Positions 29,465 to 32,217 of a stretch of 32,217 bases of DNA are shown one piece after another. Below the pieces are notes generated by a model. That model had not been told where the DNA came from, did no database searches, and was given only the letters and a program-made list of their open reading frames with translations. The stretch lies in the sequence record SRR20825006_934. One strand, written 5' to 3'. The position numbers and the translations under genes are program-made. Within the stretch, counting starts at the first letter, position 1. Each line of letters opens with the position of its first letter.

Positions 29465-31738
29465 ATGAATAAAAAATTAGATGCCTACGCGAAACAGCGT
29501 AGCATTTTCAGGGAAGGATTGGCGGCATCTACCGCTATTTCACAGTGTCTTGCTCTTGGTCTTTTAGGAGGAATCGCATTTAGCGGTGCGGCTTCTGCGC
29601 AACAAGCTGAAAGTAGTGACATGACGTTCGAAGAGATCGTGGTTACGTCTCGAAAACGTTCAGAATCGATGATGGATATTCCCATGAGTATCAACGTGGT
29701 CTCAGAAGGCCTGATTGAGAAGATGGGTGCCTCCAACTATACAGATTTGCTTGCATCAGTTCCCAGCCTGACAGCGTATCAGAACGGGCCGGGGCGTACT
29801 CGCCTGGTTATCCGTGGTGTTGCGAACACTTCAAGCGGGGCGAATGATAACGATACACAGAACCAGGAAACAGTGGGCATCTATCTTGATGAAATTCCTA
29901 TTTCGACCGGGGCGCTTAATCCGGAACTAGGACTGTTTGACCTGGAACGTGTAGAGGTTTTGCGCGGACCGCAAGGAACGCTATACGGCGCAGGTTCCAT
30001 GACAGGAACGATCAGGCTTGTGTCCAAGAAACCGAACTTGCGGGAATTTGAAGGTAAGGTGGACGCGTCGCTTTCGACCATCAATAAGGGCAGCGAAAAC
30101 TACGACGTTAAAGCGCTCGTGAATATTCCTGTGGTTGAGGATAGGTTCGCGCTTCGTACATCCGCCTACTACGAGAAGAACGGTGGATACATCGATAACG
30201 TTCTGACCGGCGAAAAAGACATTAACCATGGACGGGCTGTTGGTGCTCGCGTTTCCGCTAGACTTCAGTTAAGCGAGGCCTTCACGGCGGATTTTTCCTT
30301 CTTCCATCATGATTATTCCGACAATGGCCGCCCTGAAGATCTTGACCATACGCCACTGTTTTCGCGCGATTATCCATCAAACGATGGATATGACGACGAG
30401 ATGCAAATCTATAACCTTACGCTCAATTATGATTTGGGCTGGGGGGAGATAGTATCTTCAACGTCGTATTTCGACCGCAAGGTGGTAAACCGTCGTTCGC
30501 TTGATCTCCTTTTTGAAACATTGCCTCCACAGATCGTGCCGCATGAGTTGATCGACACAACGGATACTGATGTGTTTGTTCAGGAAATTCGCTTGGCTTC
30601 GCAGACGGAATCGCCACTTCAGTGGACCGTTGGGGCCTACTTGGACAAGAAGGATGTACTCTATCTGAATACATTTCCGGTTCCAGGTGCGGACGCTATT
30701 CTCGGCGATTCGAGCAACTTTGGCGCACCGAAAGACCATCTCTACTATGGTTATGATGACCTTGAGGTTAAAACATACGCATTGTTTGGTGAAGCTTATT
30801 ATACTTGGGATAAGTTTACATTTACCGCGGGCTTGCGCTACTTCAACTGGAAGCAGGACATTGAGTTCTATCAGTCTGGCCTTTTCAATGGGGGCGCCAA
30901 CAGCGATGTGCGACCACAAAGTACGGTCGATGGCGTGAACCCCAAGTTCAATATCTCCTATCAGATAAATGACGATAATCTGGTCTATGTACAGATGGCC
31001 AAAGGTTTCCGTTATGGGGGTATTAATGGTGCCATTCCTGAGGCGGTGTGTGCCGATGAACTAGCACAGGTTGAACGCGAAGGAGGAGACACGCGGTTCT
31101 TTAACCCTGATAAAACCTGGAACTATGAAATTGGTAGCAAAAATTCGCTGGCTGATGGACGGGTAACGTTGAACGCCAGCTACTTCCATATCAAATGGCA
31201 GGACATGCAAACGTCACGCGGCTTTGAATGTGGCTTTGGCTTCAAGGAGAATGTGGGCGAAGCGACGAGCCAAGGTATCGAGCTTGAGCTGAATGCCCGG
31301 GTTACAGAGAACTTGAGCCTCTACCTGGGTGGTACCTACATCAACTCGGAACTGGCACAAGATGTACCAAATCTGGGCGCGGAAGAGGGCGACAAAGCGC
31401 CGTTTGTCCCTGAATTTGCGTTCAATACGTCAGCAGACTATGTACGTCCCCTCACTGACACAATGGATGGCTTCATCTGGGCCAACGTTCAGTATGTGGG
31501 TGAAAGAAACAGCCATTTCTCGGATGATGACGCCAATTTCCGGGCTATGGATGGCTATTTCGTGTCAAACCTTCGTGTTGGTACCCGTTGGGACAATCTG
31601 GAACTCTCTGTGTTTGCTAACAATTTGTTTGATGGGCGAGGTGTTATTCGCGCAATGCGTAGACCACCATTCGACCCCGATGCGACTATCAAGGTTGAGC
31701 CACGTACGATTGGTGTTTCACTACGCGCCAATTTCTAA
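29465..31738 (+). CDS. TonB-dependent outer membrane receptor, substrate unknown
   Basis: Signal peptide (ASA-Q), TonB box EEIVVT, plug motif DLERVEVLRGPQGTLYGAG, NNLFD, PRTIG, C-terminal Phe. Confidence 0.95.
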   Translation: MNKKLDAYAKQRSIFREGLAASTAISQCLALGLLGGIAFSGAASAQQAESSDMTFEEIVVTSRKRSESMMDIPMSINVVSEGLIEKMGASNYTDLLASVPSLTAYQNGPGRTRLVIRGVANTSSGANDNDTQNQETVGIYLDEIPISTGALNPELGLFDLERVEVLRGPQGTLYGAGSMTGTIRLVSKKPNLREFEGKVDASLSTINKGSENYDVKALVNIPVVEDRFALRTSAYYEKNGGYIDNVLTGEKDINHGRAVGARVSARLQLSEAFTADFSFFHHDYSDNGRPEDLDHTPLFSRDYPSNDGYDDEMQIYNLTLNYDLGWGEIVSSTSYFDRKVVNRRSLDLLFETLPPQIVPHELIDTTDTDVFVQEIRLASQTESPLQWTVGAYLDKKDVLYLNTFPVPGADAILGDSSNFGAPKDHLYYGYDDLEVKTYALFGEAYYTWDKFTFTAGLRYFNWKQDIEFYQSGLFNGGANSDVRPQSTVDGVNPKFNISYQINDDNLVYVQMAKGFRYGGINGAIPEAVCADELAQVEREGGDTRFFNPDKTWNYEIGSKNSLADGRVTLNASYFHIKWQDMQTSRGFECGFGFKENVGEATSQGIELELNARVTENLSLYLGGTYINSELAQDVPNLGAEEGDKAPFVPEFAFNTSADYVRPLTDTMDGFIWANVQYVGERNSHFSDDDANFRAMDGYFVSNLRVGTRWDNLELSVFANNLFDGRGVIRAMRRPPFDPDATIKVEPRTIGVSLRANF

Positions 31739-31785
31739 CCATCCGGTAGGGTGCTTCTATGACGTCCTACCTATCAGAAACAAAG

Positions 31786-31813
31786 AAAGGGCTGCGAAAT
31801 TCGCAGCCCTTTT
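31786..31813. terminator. Bidirectional intrinsic terminator between the TBDR gene and gltA
   Basis: AAAGGGCTGCGA-AAT-TCGCAGCCCTTTT; A-rich flank on the left, T-rich on the right; between convergent genes. Confidence 0.88.
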
Positions 31814-31831
31814 GCTTTACTTTTGGTCCAA

Positions 31832-32217
31832 TTATCCGCGTTCTGCAACCGGCACATAATCTCGTTTTGGTGCGCCAGTATATAGCTGACGTGGGCGTCC
31901 GATTTTCTGCGTTGGATCCTCAACCATTTCTTTCCACTGCGCGATCCAACCTGCCGTGCGCGCGAGCGCAAACAGTACTGTGAACATTGCTGTCGGGAAG
32001 CCCATCGCTTTCAGGATAATGCCTGAATAGAAATCCACGTTCGGGTAGAGCTTTTTCTCAACAAAATATGGATCTTCGAGAGCAATCTTCTCAAGCTCCA
32101 TGGCAACATCGAAGAGAGGATCGTCAACACCCAGTTCTTGCAGAACCCTGTGTGCCGTGTCGCGCATCACGGTCGCCCGTGGATCAAAGTTTTTGTAAAC
32201 GCGGTGACCAAAGCCCA
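31832..32217 (-). CDS. gltA: Citrate synthase, C-terminal part (5' end beyond the window)
   Basis: Frame reads [14 protein letters not shown] from the window edge, then [34 protein letters not shown]. Confidence 0.97.
   Translation of the reverse strand, partial: GFGHRVYKNFDPRATVMRDTAHRVLQELGVDDPLFDVAMELEKIALEDPYFVEKKLYPNVDFYSGIILKAMGFPTAMFTVLFALARTAGWIAQWKEMVEDPTQKIGRPRQLYTGAPKRDYVPVAERG

Noticed and set aside
1-32217. CRISPR arrays, IS elements, prophage, tRNA/rRNA and defence systems
   Set aside because: No repeat-spacer arrays, transposase/integrase ORFs or cloverleaf motifs were seen; almost all sequence is accounted for by core genes.

Overview
Core-genome segment of an alphaproteobacterial chromosome, with almost all genes on the + strand. 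The gene order resembles Sphingomonadales/Kordiimonadales-type organisms, but the taxonomy is an inference only. Order: nuoL(partial)-nuoM-nuoN-birA-coaX-rnj-mce-DUF1467, a 446-bp intergenic region that probably holds an antisense sRNA, then proS-lolE-lolD-DUF1761-dnaE-Nudix, rpsB-tsf, pyrH-frr-uppS-cdsA-dxr-rseP-bamA-skp-fabZ, an AraC regulator plus TonB-dependent receptor, and the 3' end of a convergent gltA. Main observations: (1) The lipid A genes normally in this operon are missing here. lpxD is absent between skp and fabZ and lpxA-lpxI-lpxB are absent between fabZ and gltA. fabZ is followed directly by a strong terminator, and an AraC/TBDR module occupies the lpxA-lpxB slot. (2) BamA carries a ~70-aa barrel-loop insertion with two back-to-back canonical EF-hand-type Ca2+ loops, plus a second Cys-pair loop. 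(3) An alpha-r9-like sRNA candidate upstream of proS has its own promoter, a strand-specific terminator, an NrdR-box-like palindrome and a second palindrome. (4) 21-bp-spaced direct repeats upstream of the TBDR look like the AraC operator. No mobile elements, CRISPR arrays, tRNA or rRNA were seen.
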